DNA from: the human T2T-CHM13v2.0 reference genome, Homo sapiens
Length of the DNA stretch: 64,000 nt
Direction: 5' to 3' (one strand)
Assembly (NCBI RefSeq): GCF_009914755.1
Contig: NC_060943.1
In this document: piece by piece, positions 1-28,680 of the stretch
Layout: every line of letters begins with the position of its first letter
Position numbering within the stretch: the stretch's first letter is position 1
Notes under the pieces: generated by a model
The model's input: only the letters and a program-made list of their open reading frames with translations
Database searches by the model: none
Told to the model about the DNA's origin: nothing
Program-made: the position numbers and the translations under genes

Positions 1-204
1 TTATCCTTTGAGACATGGGGGTCTGTGGTCAGATTTAGAAAGTGCTTGTGGGTGGCTGGGTGGGAGTGGGTCATGGGAGACATAAGGGCAGGCTGGAGTC
101 CAGGGAGGAGGCCGGCCGGGCAGGGACCCAGGCAGCGGAGATGGACAGGGCCATGGAGAATCTGGGAGGCGCAGGCCCTGGGGACTGTGGATTGGGGAAG
201 GAGA

Positions 205-4328
<4,124 letters not shown>

Positions 4329-5940
4329 AGAGTTTGGCGTTCATCAAGCAACATTTGGAAACTACAGAGAACTAGCAAGGCAAAGACGCCCCTCCCATCC
4401 CTAAGTCCTGTACCACTATGGTTGTTGACATTTTGATATATTTCCTTTCAGCCTTTTCTATTCTCTGTGAGCTTTTTAAATGCGTGTGTTGTGTGTGTGC
4501 ACGTGTGTGTTTTACATAACTGTGTGAGCAAATTGTTTATACAGCCCTGTTTTTTCCCCTCTTAAAATGTAAGCTGTTCCCCTGTTAAAACATCTTTGGA
4601 TAAACACAATCTCTAATGTTTGCACTATGTTTATTCAAAAGGGCAGCATTGCCAGAGGTTGAAGCTGTTTCCAATTTCCTCCCATTATAAATAATCCCCT
4701 CATGGACCTCCTTGTGTGTCCCAGAGGAGGGATTCTTGGGCCAAAGGGTGCGGACCCTTTGGCAGAGCTCATGGTCAAAAATCTCGGCAGAGTTTCAGCC
4801 TGACCCGAAGCTAAGATGACCTCATACGGTTAAAGTGAGATTGGACTGCTATTTATTTCCTGAACGTTTGATTCATGACTCAGGCTTGTCAGGGGATCTT
4901 TTTTTTTTTTTTCTTCTGTATGTGCTTGGTTGCAAGAAACAGAAATCCATTCACACTAGCTCACGTCAAAAGGGCAAGAGAATCGCTTGAACGCGGGAGG
5001 CGGAGGTTGCAGTGAGCCGAGATCGCGCCACTGCACTCCAGCCCGGGCGACAGTGCGAGACTCCGTCTCAATAACAAACAAACAAACAAAAAAAGGGCGG
5101 GGGGTGTTGTATCCTTCAGCAAGTAAAGCTCATATTCAGCTTGGACTAGCTGTCTGCGGAGCATGTTGTTGGGGTATATCTAGGCTATGTTGATTGTTGA
5201 AATACTGAATTATTTCCGTATTGGTTGGTAAATCATTCTGTCTCAAGTCGCTCCAATGACGTCCTCCACCAAGGCCACTCTAGCTGCCCTGGTCCCTCTC
5301 CCAGGACTTCCCAGACCTCTCCACAATGCAGGAAGTAAAGGGTCAATATCGGGCACAGAAGTGAACCATGCTGCTCGGTCAGTGCCCAAAGTATTGGTTG
5401 TGAAATTCATTTTTTCTTTTCTTTTTTTTTTTTTTGGAGACAAATTCTCACTATGGAACTCAAGCGATCCTCCTGCCTTGGCCTCCCAATGTACTGGGAT
5501 TAAGGTGTGAGCCACTGCACCTGGACTGCTTGTAAAATATTTGATGATTCGCCTAGATGCAAGTACCAGAACAGCTGACTCAAATGGCTTAAATTGTAAG
5601 GGGAATCTGTGGCTGGAAAATCCACACTTGTGCTGGCTTCAGCCAAAGTTGACACAATGGCTCAGCCATGTCACCAAGGACTTTCTTTTCTTTCTTTCCT
5701 TCTTTCTTTCTTCTTTCTTTTTTTCTTTCTTTTCTCTCTCTTTCTTTCTCTCTCTCTTTTTTTTTTTTTTTTTTGACGTAGTCTGGTTCTGTTGCCCAGG
5801 CTGGAGTGCAGTGGCACAATCTTGGCTCACTGCGGCAACCTCCAATTCCCCGGAATTCAAGTGATTCTCCTGCCTTAGCCTCCCGAGTAGCTGGGACTAT
5901 AGGTATGTGCCACCACGCCCAGCTAATTTTTGTATTTTTA

Positions 5941-7876
5941 TTTTTTTATTTATTATTTTTTTAATCATTCTTGGGTGTTTCTCGCAGAGGGGGATTTGGC
6001 AGGGTCACAGGACAATAGTGGAGGGAAGGTCAGCAGATAAACAAGTGAACAAAGGTCTCTGGTTTTCCTAGGCAGAGGACCCTGCGGCCTTCCGCAGTGT
6101 TTGTGTCCCTGGGTACTTGAGATTAGGGAGTGGTGATGACTCTTAACGAGCATGCTGCCTTCAAGCATCTGTTTAACAAAGCACATCTTGCACCGCCCTT
6201 AATCCATTCAACCCTGAGTGGACACAGCACATGTTTCAGAGAGCACAGGGTTGGGGGCAAGGTCACAGATCAACAGGATCCCAAGGCAGAAGAATTTTTC
6301 TTAGTACAGAACAAAATGAAAAGTCTCCCATGTCTACCTCTTCCTACACAGACACAGCAACCATCCGATTTCTCAATCTTTTCTCCACCTTTCCCCATTT
6401 TCTATTCCACAAAACTGCCATTGTCATCATGGCCCGTTCTCAATGAGCTGTTGAGTACACCTCCCAGACGGGGTGGTGGCCGGGCAGAGGGGCTCCTCAC
6501 TTCCCAGTAGGGGCGGCCGGGCAGAGGCGCCCCTCACCTCCCGGACGGGGCGGCTGGCCGGGCGGGGGGCCGACCCCCCCACCTCCCTCCCGGACGGGGC
6601 GGCTGGCCGGGCAGAGGGGCTCCTCACTTCCCAGTAGGGGCGGCCGGGCAGAGGCGCCCCTGACCTCCCGGACGGGGCGGCTGGCCGGGCGGGGGGCCGA
6701 CCCCCCCACCTCCCTCCCGGACGGGGCGGCTGGCCGGGCAGAGGGGCTCCTCACTTCCCAGTAGGGGCGGCCGGGCAGAGGCGCCCCTCACCTCCCGGAC
6801 GGGGCGGCTGGCCGGGTGGGGGGCTGACCCCCCCACCTCCCTCCCGGACGGGGCGGCTGGCCGGGCGGGGGGCTGACCACCCCACCTCCCTCCCGGACGG
6901 GGCGGCTGGCCGGGCGGGGGGCTGACCCCCCCACCTCCCTCCCGGACGGGGCGGCTGGCCGGGCGGGGGGCTGACCCCCCCACCTCCCTCCCGGACGGGG
7001 CGGCTGGCCGGGTGGGGGGCTGACCCCCACCTCCCTCCCGGACGGGGTGGCTGCCGGGCGGAGACGCTCCTCACTTCCCAGACGGGGTGGCTGCCGGGCA
7101 AAGGGGCTCCTCACTTCTCAGACGGTGTGGCTGCCGGGCTGAGGGGCTCCTCACTTCTCAGACGGGGCGGTTGCCAGGCAGAGGGTCTCCTCACTTCTCA
7201 GACGGGGTGGCCGGGCAGAGACGCTCCTCACATCCCAGACGGGGCGGCAGGGCAGAGGCGCTCCCCACATCTCAGATGATGGGCGGCCTGGCAGAGATGC
7301 TCCTCACTTCCTAGATGGGATGGCGGCCGGGCAGAGATGCTCCTCACTTTCCAGACTGGGCAGCCAGGCAGAGAGGCTCCTCACATCCCAGACGATGGGT
7401 GGCCCGGCAGAGACGCTCCTCACTTCCCAGACGGGGTGGCGGCCGGGCAGAGGCTGCAATCTCGGCACTTTGGGGGGCCAAGGCAGGCAGCTGGGAGGTG
7501 GAGGTTGTAGCGAGCCGAGATCACGCCACTGCACTCCAGCCTGGGCACCATTGAGCACTGAGTGAACGCAACTCCGTCTGCCATCCCGGCACCTCGGGAG
7601 GCCGAGGCTGGCGGATCACTCGCGGTTAGGAGCTGGAGACCAGCCCAGCCAACACAGCGAAACCCCGTCTCCACCAAAAAAATACGAAAACCAGTCAGGC
7701 GTGGCGGCGCCTGCAATCCCAGGTACTCGGCAGGCTGAGGCAGGAGAATCAGGCAGGGAGGTTGCAGTGAGCCGAGATGGCAGCAGTACAGTCCAGCTTT
7801 GGCTCAGCATCAGAGGGAGACCGTGGAAAGAGAGGGAGAGGGAAACCGTGGGGAGAGGGAGAGGGAGAGCGAGAGC
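5941..7876 (-). mobile_element. SVA retrotransposon (SVA_D-like): poly(A) ~5941-5963, SINE-R ~5963-6460, GC-rich VNTR ~6460-7450, Alu-like ~7450-7830, CCCTCT hexamers ~7830-7876
   Basis: Canonical SINE-R text (tcattcttgggtgtttctcgcagagggg), ~37-50 bp VNTR units and (GAGAGG)n end; subfamily assignment is tentative. Confidence 0.95.
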
Positions 7877-8798
<922 letters not shown>

Positions 8799-8904
8799 TT
8801 ACCATGTTGGCCAGGCTGGTCTTGAACTCCTGACCTCAAGTGATCTGCCTGCCTTGGCCTCCCAAAGTGCTGGGATTACAAGCGTGAGCCCCCGTGCCCG
8901 GCCA

Positions 8905-10480
<1,576 letters not shown>

Positions 10481-10727
10481 GAAGTTACATCTGGCTTTTA
10501 CTGGTACTGATTTAAGACCCACCTCTATACAGCCTGTGCCCAATAACATCCACCTGGGCACAGCTCCAACTCCCTGTTCTAAACAGAAATAGTTTATTGA
10601 GAAATCTCAATCCCTTGGGATCAAAAACATGACAGTTTCCATTTGTTCTGCAGTGACTGCTCTCTACCTGCTATCTATTGTTTTCCAAGACTATGATCCA
10701 AAATCACAGCATCCAAGACTGTGTCTT

Positions 10728-16942
<6,215 letters not shown>

Positions 16943-17243
16943 TCTCGCTCTTTCTCTTTCGACATCTACATTGATCTGTAGCTATCTACGTACTATAGAT
17001 ATCTAAAAGTTATGTAAATGTCTACTTAAGCTTATAGGTATGAGCTACTGTATGCTATCTAAGCTTATAGGTATGAGCTACAAATTGCTATTGTGTTATG
17101 AGGGGAATTCAAAAAGTTGATGGAGAATGGAATTAAGAGATAAAAATTTTAAAAAAATCTTTATTTCTCACCATAAACTCCATCAAGGTCAAAGTCAAGA
17201 CACTTTTGTAAACCATTATACCAGCCATTTAGTCTATCCCTAA

Positions 17244-17531
<288 letters not shown>

Positions 17532-17578
17532 TGATCTGCCCGCCTCGGCCTCCCAAAGTGCTAGCATTACAGTTGTGA

Positions 17579-18025
<447 letters not shown>

Positions 18026-18504
18026 TGATGAGGAGAATGAGCAGAAGCGTAGACATGCTGGAGAAGAACTCTCTGGTGAAGCTTCCCAGGCTTATTTCTA
18101 CTAAAGCTTCGGCTAACTTTCTCAAAACACTCTCATAATAAGCAGATCTTATTATTCTTTGACCCTACAGAAAGTCAACCAGCAAAATGCCTTGAGCATC
18201 CCCAAAAACTGTTGCTATGACCTTTGCTCTTGACCAGTGTGCTTCTGCCTTGACTGGATCACTTCCCCGCTCTTGGCAATCATTCTCTGATTACGATTTG
18301 TCTTTAGGATTGCACCCGTGAAACCATGTATCATTTCCCGTTACAATCCTTCAAGGAAATGCATTAGGATCTCGATCTCACTTGTTTAGCATGTCCATGG
18401 AAAGCTCTGCTCTTCTCTGCAGCTGATCTGGGTGCGACCGTTCTGGCACCCATCGAGTGGAAAGTTTGTTTAGCTTTAATTTCAGTCAGAATTGTGTAAG
18501 CTGA

Positions 18505-19252
18505 GGCCGGGTGAGGTGGCTCAAGCCTGTAATCCCAGCAGTTCGGGAGAATGAGGCAGGAGGATCACTTGTGTCCAGGAGTTCAAGACCAGCCTGGGAA
18601 ACCTAATGAGACCCCCATCTCTACAAAAAATACGAAAATTTAGTGTCAGGCCTCTGAGCCCAAGCTAAGCCATCATATCGCCTGTGACCTGCACGTATAC
18701 ATCCAGGTGGCCTGAAGCAACTGAAGAGCCACAAAAGAAGTGAAAATAGCCTTAACTGATGACATTCCACCATTGTGATTTGTTTCTGCCCCACCCTAAT
18801 GATCAATGTACTTTGTAATCTCCCCCACCCTTAAGAAGTTTCTTTGTAATTCTTCCCATCCTTGAGAATGAACTTTGTGAGATCCGCCCCCTGCCCGCAA
18901 AACATTGCTCCAAACTCCACCGCCTATCCCAAAACCTATAAGAATTAATCATAATCCCACCACCCTTTGCTGACTCTCTTTTTGGACTCAGCCTGCCTGC
19001 ACCCAGGTGAAATAAACAGCCTTGTTGCTCACACAAAGCCTGTTTGGTGGTCTCTTCACAGGGACGCGTGTGACACTTAGCTGAACGTGCTGGCACGCAC
19101 CTGTAGTTCCAACTACTTCGGAGGCTGAGGTGGAAGGATCGCTTGAGCCCAGGAGGTTGAGGCTGCAGTGAGCCACAATCTCACCACTGTACTCAGCCTG
19201 GGCGACAGTATGAGAACCCTGTCTCAAAAAAAAAAAAAAAAAAAAAGAAAAA
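18505..19252 (+). mobile_element. AluJ-like element hosting the LTR7 and inserted in HSMAR2
   Basis: Arms at 18505-18643 and 19081-19252; 16-bp TSD AGAATTGTGTAAGCTG at 18488-18503 and 19253-19268. Confidence 0.88.
18644..19075 (+). mobile_element. HERV-H solo LTR (LTR7 family, LTR7B-like)
   Basis: Runs TGTCAGGCCTCTGAGCCCAAGC...GCGTGTGACA with TG...CA termini, TATAA and AATAAA; 5-bp TSD tttag/cttag. Confidence 0.92.
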
Positions 19253-20009
19253 AGAATTGTGTAAGCTGTACCAATTGAGATGTCTATGGTGTTGGCTATT
19301 GTTTCTGCTGTTAACTGTAAGTCCTCTTTAATTAAGGCATAAACAAATTTAATTTTTTTCTGCAAAAATTGATGTGGATGGTATGCCACGGTGGGCTTCA
19401 TCTTCAGCATGACCCAGGCTGGAGTGCAGTGGCGCAATCACGGCTCACTGCAACCTCTACCTCCCAGACTCAAGTGATCCTCCCACCTCAGCCTCCTGAG
19501 TAGCTGGAACTACAAGTGTGCACCACCACACCCAGCTAATTTATGTATTTTTTGTACGGATGGGGTTTCACCATGTTACCCAGGCTGGTCTCGAATTCCT
19601 GAGCTCCAATGATCCGCTGGCCTCAGCCTCCCAAAGTATTGGGATTACAGGCGTGAACCACCACGCCCGAACTTGTCCCTTCTTAAAACGAGTTATCCAT
19701 TTGTAAATGGCTGATTTCTTTGGGGCACTGTCAAGTTTTTGGAAAACATCAATGATTTCATCATTCTTCCACCCAAGCTTCACCATCAATTTGATGCTTG
19801 TTCTTGCTTCAATTTTAGAATTCGTGTTGCTCTGATAGGGGCTCTTTTCAATCTGATGTTTTATTTTAGTGTCTCAAACTAGGTCCTGTTCAGACAAGTT
19901 ATAACAAGTTAGTATGAATTTATTTTGGTGCAAAAAAAAAAAATTGAACTCCATGCATAGTTTTTTCGTAATACACATTTTCCATGAATTTTTGGAAGAC
20001 CCTTCTTTT

Positions 20010-25105
<5,096 letters not shown>

Positions 25106-25368
25106 AGCAGTTCATAATATTTGTTTTTTATTCCTTGATTCTAACTCTGTAAGGAATAGAAATGGGGTGATTAATTTTGGCTCCTTTAATACCCGCCTGG
25201 CAGGTGCTGAGTCAGTGGTACCTGTTACCACGCTATGACTCAGAGGTTATCACTCAGGGACATCCTTCTGACTCTGTTTCAGTCCATGACTCAGGAGGAA
25301 AGGTTCTAGGGCCTCACCAGCGCCCTACACACACCCTCGTTTCCCGAGGGGCACCATTATATTCTTCC

Positions 25369-25374
25369 TTTATT
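25369..25374 (-). terminator. NUMBL: NUMBL proximal poly(A) signal AATAAA
   Basis: Plus-strand tttatt about 760 nt past the stop; followed on the minus strand by a GU-rich element (GGGTGTGTGT). Confidence 0.75.
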
Positions 25375-26133
25375 GGCTGTCCTTGTATAATACAAATCTT
25401 CAAGTTTAGATACAAAAAAAATCTGGAAATAAAAGATAGAAAAGTACCCGCCAGGCACCCCTTCCCCTTCTTCCCGGACCCCTCCCCAGCGGGCACCGAC
25501 ATGAGGTAACTGCGCATCTTCTCCTCCTCCTCCCTCCCCGCCTCCTGGGCCCCCAACTTGGCCCTAGCCCCCATGAGACCTTGGCCCAAGGAAGACATGG
25601 GCCCCAAAGTTGGAGGGTGATGGAGGTGAGTACAGCATTGGCAGTGAACGCAGCGTGTGGGCAGAGGGCAGCCCTTAGCTTGTGCTGTGCATGGGGGGAG
25701 GAGACGACCAGATTTGGGGTGGGCACTGGTGTGGGGCCCAGGAGAGCCCCTAAGCAAGTGTCCCCCCTCCATCCTGTCCAACACTGGAAGGTGGGGGTCA
25801 ACAGAAACTGGGAAATGGAGTGTGAACCAAGGGCATTCAGTGGGATTGTGGCCAACCCCTGTGTCTGGGGTTGGGGAAGGGGGCATTGCCAGCCTAAGTC
25901 CGGCAGTGAAATGGTTCCCTTAGCCAGGCTGGGTCCGTCCCTGAATTCCATCCTGTTGCAACCTGGGCGTCACAATGTTGGTTCTGTAGTGGTTGTCGGG
26001 GTGGTTGAGGGAGGGGGGTGTTGAGAGGGTGTTGAGGGGCGCAGCCCCAGGGAGCAGGGTTAGGGGAGAGGTTGTGCCTCCACCCCCAGGCGTGGGGCAC
26101 CTGGAGATGATGGAGTGGGTGGGGCGGCTCGGG

Positions 26134-26638
26134 CTACAGTTCAATCTCGAATGTCTTTTGCAGGTCGCCAGAAAAGGGGTTGGAGGGTTTCTCTACAGTG
26201 GCTTTGCCTTCTAATGCCGCCCACTGGGCCTCAAAGGGGTCCAACTCTGGAGCTGGGGCAGGCGCTGGCTCAGGGGGCCAGGGGGCCCCATTGGGGCGAG
26301 GGCGGGCCTGGCTCCCAGGGGCACTGGGTATGGCAGGGGGCGGGAAGGCCCCAGCTTTCCCAAGCAGAGTGGCAGGCTGAGGCTGGAGCTGGGCGGCTGA
26401 GCAGAAGGCGTTTGCCACCATCTGTGAGGGTGTGATGCCCACCACGGGCACCCGGGGCATCGGTGGGTAGCCCAAGCCCGGGTAGGCGGGCACAAAAGGG
26501 GGCTGCATGTGTGGGGGTGGCAGGAACACGGCCACTTGGGCAGGTGCAGCGTCAAAGGGCCCCACGGGGGCGGGGAAAGGCTGCAGGGCAGGAGGCATGG
26601 TGGGCACTGGGGCCACTGAGGCTGCTTGCTGCTGTTGC

Positions 26639-26679
<41 letters not shown>

Positions 26680-26798
26680 GGCCTTGGCCACCTGTGACAC
26701 CTCCTCCAGCCATCGCTCAGCCTCTGAAGGTGTCCGCTTGTGCCCAGGCTGGAAGGCAGCTGCAGGGGGCACGGAGGGCTCACCCCAGGCAGAAGTCC
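26134..26798 (-). CDS. NUMBL: NUMBL last coding exon 10 (polyQ, Pro-rich, DPF and NPF motifs, ends TFEIEL*)
   Basis: ORF 26134..26835; CAG acceptor (AG at 26799-26800); the ten exons sum to 1824 nt = 607 aa plus stop. Confidence 0.98.
26626..26679 (-). repeat. NUMBL: Coding CAG/CAA repeat, Q18: (CAG)6 CAA (CAG)5 CAA CAG CAA (CAG)2 CAA
   Basis: Counted directly: 54 nt, 18 codons. Confidence 0.97.
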
Positions 26799-27599
26799 CT
26801 GGAGAGAGGAGAGGGACAGGTGAGGGAGGGGGCAACGGCTTCAGCAGAAGAACCCCAGGCTGGGAACTGGCATGGTGTGGGGATCAGAGCACGGACTCTG
26901 GAGCCAGACCGCCTGCCTCTGAATCCCAGCTCTGCACCTCCCGAGCTTGCTGACTTCAGGCGAGTGACTTCACCATTCTGGACCACGTAATGGTTCTGGA
27001 GTGCTAAGAACATACAATTCTGAGCTTCTAAGGCCCTATGATGAGAAAGTCTAAGTAGGACTGACATCCTCCTAGCCCCACTACCCTTCTGACTGGTCAG
27101 TGCCAAGCCTAGGATTCACTATTTTGTTTTGTTTGTTGTCTGTTCGTTTTGAGAGTCTCACTCTGTTGCCCAGGGATGCCCTATCTGGGCTCACTGCAAC
27201 CTCTGCCTCCCAGGTTCAAGCAATTCTCGTGCCTCAGCCTCCTGAGTAGCTGGGATTACAGGCGCGCACCATCACGCCCGGCTGACTTTTTGTATTTTTA
27301 GTAGAGGCGAGGTTTCAACATGTTGCCCAGGCTGGACTCGAACTCCTACCTCAAGTAATCCCCCTGCCTCGGCTTCCCAAAGTACTAGGATTACAGGCAT
27401 GAGCCACCACACCCAGCTGGTATTCACTATTTTGAATATCACCCTTGATTTTCTAATACCTTCAGAATGTATTGTTTTAGGAGTTAAGATTCTAAGATTG
27501 CATGGATCTTTCTCCACATGTATAATAGTATCCTAACATAGTAAGGTTTGACAGTTTAGGGTTGGGCTTTCTAAGATTCTCGAGTTCTACATTTACAGT

Positions 27600-28455
27600 G
27601 TTTGAGATTCTAAGGTGCACCTGTGGTTCTAGGATAAGCCCATGGCTCTAAGATGATACATGGTTCTCAAGGATTCCATGGTTCTGAAACGATCTCTGGG
27701 CTCTAAGGTGATCCCAAGATTCTAGCATGAGCACATGCCTCTGAGGTGACCCCGTGGCTCTACAATGATCCCGTATCTCTAAGATAATTCATGGTTCTAA
27801 AGTGATCACTTGATTCTCAGGTAATCCCACGGCTCTAAGATGATCCTTGGTTCTAGGATGATCCTCTGGTTCTAAGATGATCTGTGTTTCTAAGGTGATC
27901 CTACGGCTCTAAGATGATCCATAGTTCTAGGATGATCCCATGGTTCTAAGGGGATCCCGTGGCTCTAAAATGATCAAGGGCTCTGAGATGATCCATGGCT
28001 CTAAGGTGATCACATGATTCTCAGATAATTCCATGGCTCTAAGATGATCCATGGTTCTAGGATAATCCCCTGGCTCTAAGATGATCCCTGGGTCTAAGGT
28101 GATCACATGATTCTTAGGTAATCCCATGGCTCTAAGATGAACCACGGATCTAGGATGATCCCCTGGCTCTAAGATGATCCATGGCTCTAAGATGATCACA
28201 CGATTCTCAGATAATCCCATGGTTCTAGGCTGATCCCCTGGCTCTAAGATGATCCCTGCTTTTAAGGTGATTGCATGATTCTCAGGTAATCCCGTGGCTC
28301 TAAGATGATCCATGGATCTAGGATGATCCCCTGGCTCTAAGATGATCCATGGTTCTAAAGTAATCGCATGATTCTCAGGTAATCCCATGGCTCTAAGATG
28401 ATCCATGGTTGTAGGATGATCCCCTGGCTCTGAGGTGATCCATGGTTCTAAGCCT
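27600..28455. repeat. Minisatellite of 18-19-bp monomers (CCATGGYTCTAAGATGAT-like) with a 93-bp higher-order unit, NUMBL intron 9
   Basis: Marker YGATTCTYAGRTAAT recurs at 28015, 28108, 28201, 28276 and 28369 (spacings 93, 93, 75, 93). Confidence 0.92.
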
Positions 28456-28557
28456 GTAGGATCCCAAGACCCCTGGAGTGTCTGGGTAGCCCTGGATAGA
28501 GGAGGGGATACAGGAGGGACATGCAGGGTGTCTGCCCAGCAGAAAGCCTGGCTTTAC

Positions 28558-28680
28558 CTGTTGTGGCAGGTGGTGGCCCTGGTGCTGGCGCTCCAGCACT
28601 GGCAAAAGATGAACTGATCTGTGTGCACAGAGCGTTGATGCTGTCACTGTCGCCGGCACCAGGAGGCTCCATCTCAGGCA
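28558..28680 (-). CDS. NUMBL: NUMBL coding exon 9 (VPEMEPPGAGDSDSINALCTQISSSFASAGAPAPGPPPATT)
   Basis: Within ORF 28448..28978; CAG and GTAAAG splice sites; 123 nt; phases consistent with neighbours. Confidence 0.95.

Noticed and set aside
6460-7450. Repeat-spacer appearance suggesting a CRISPR array (also at 27600-28455)
   Set aside because: Eukaryotic tandem repeats without unique spacers or cas genes.
17027-17081. 22-bp direct repeat TAAGCTTATAGGTATGAGCTAC
   Set aside because: Small local duplication next to HSMAR2; not a TSD of any element and no functional cue.
26463-26990. Antisense poly-Ala and poly-Cys ORFs
   Set aside because: Alternate-frame and antisense readings of the NUMBL CAG repeat.
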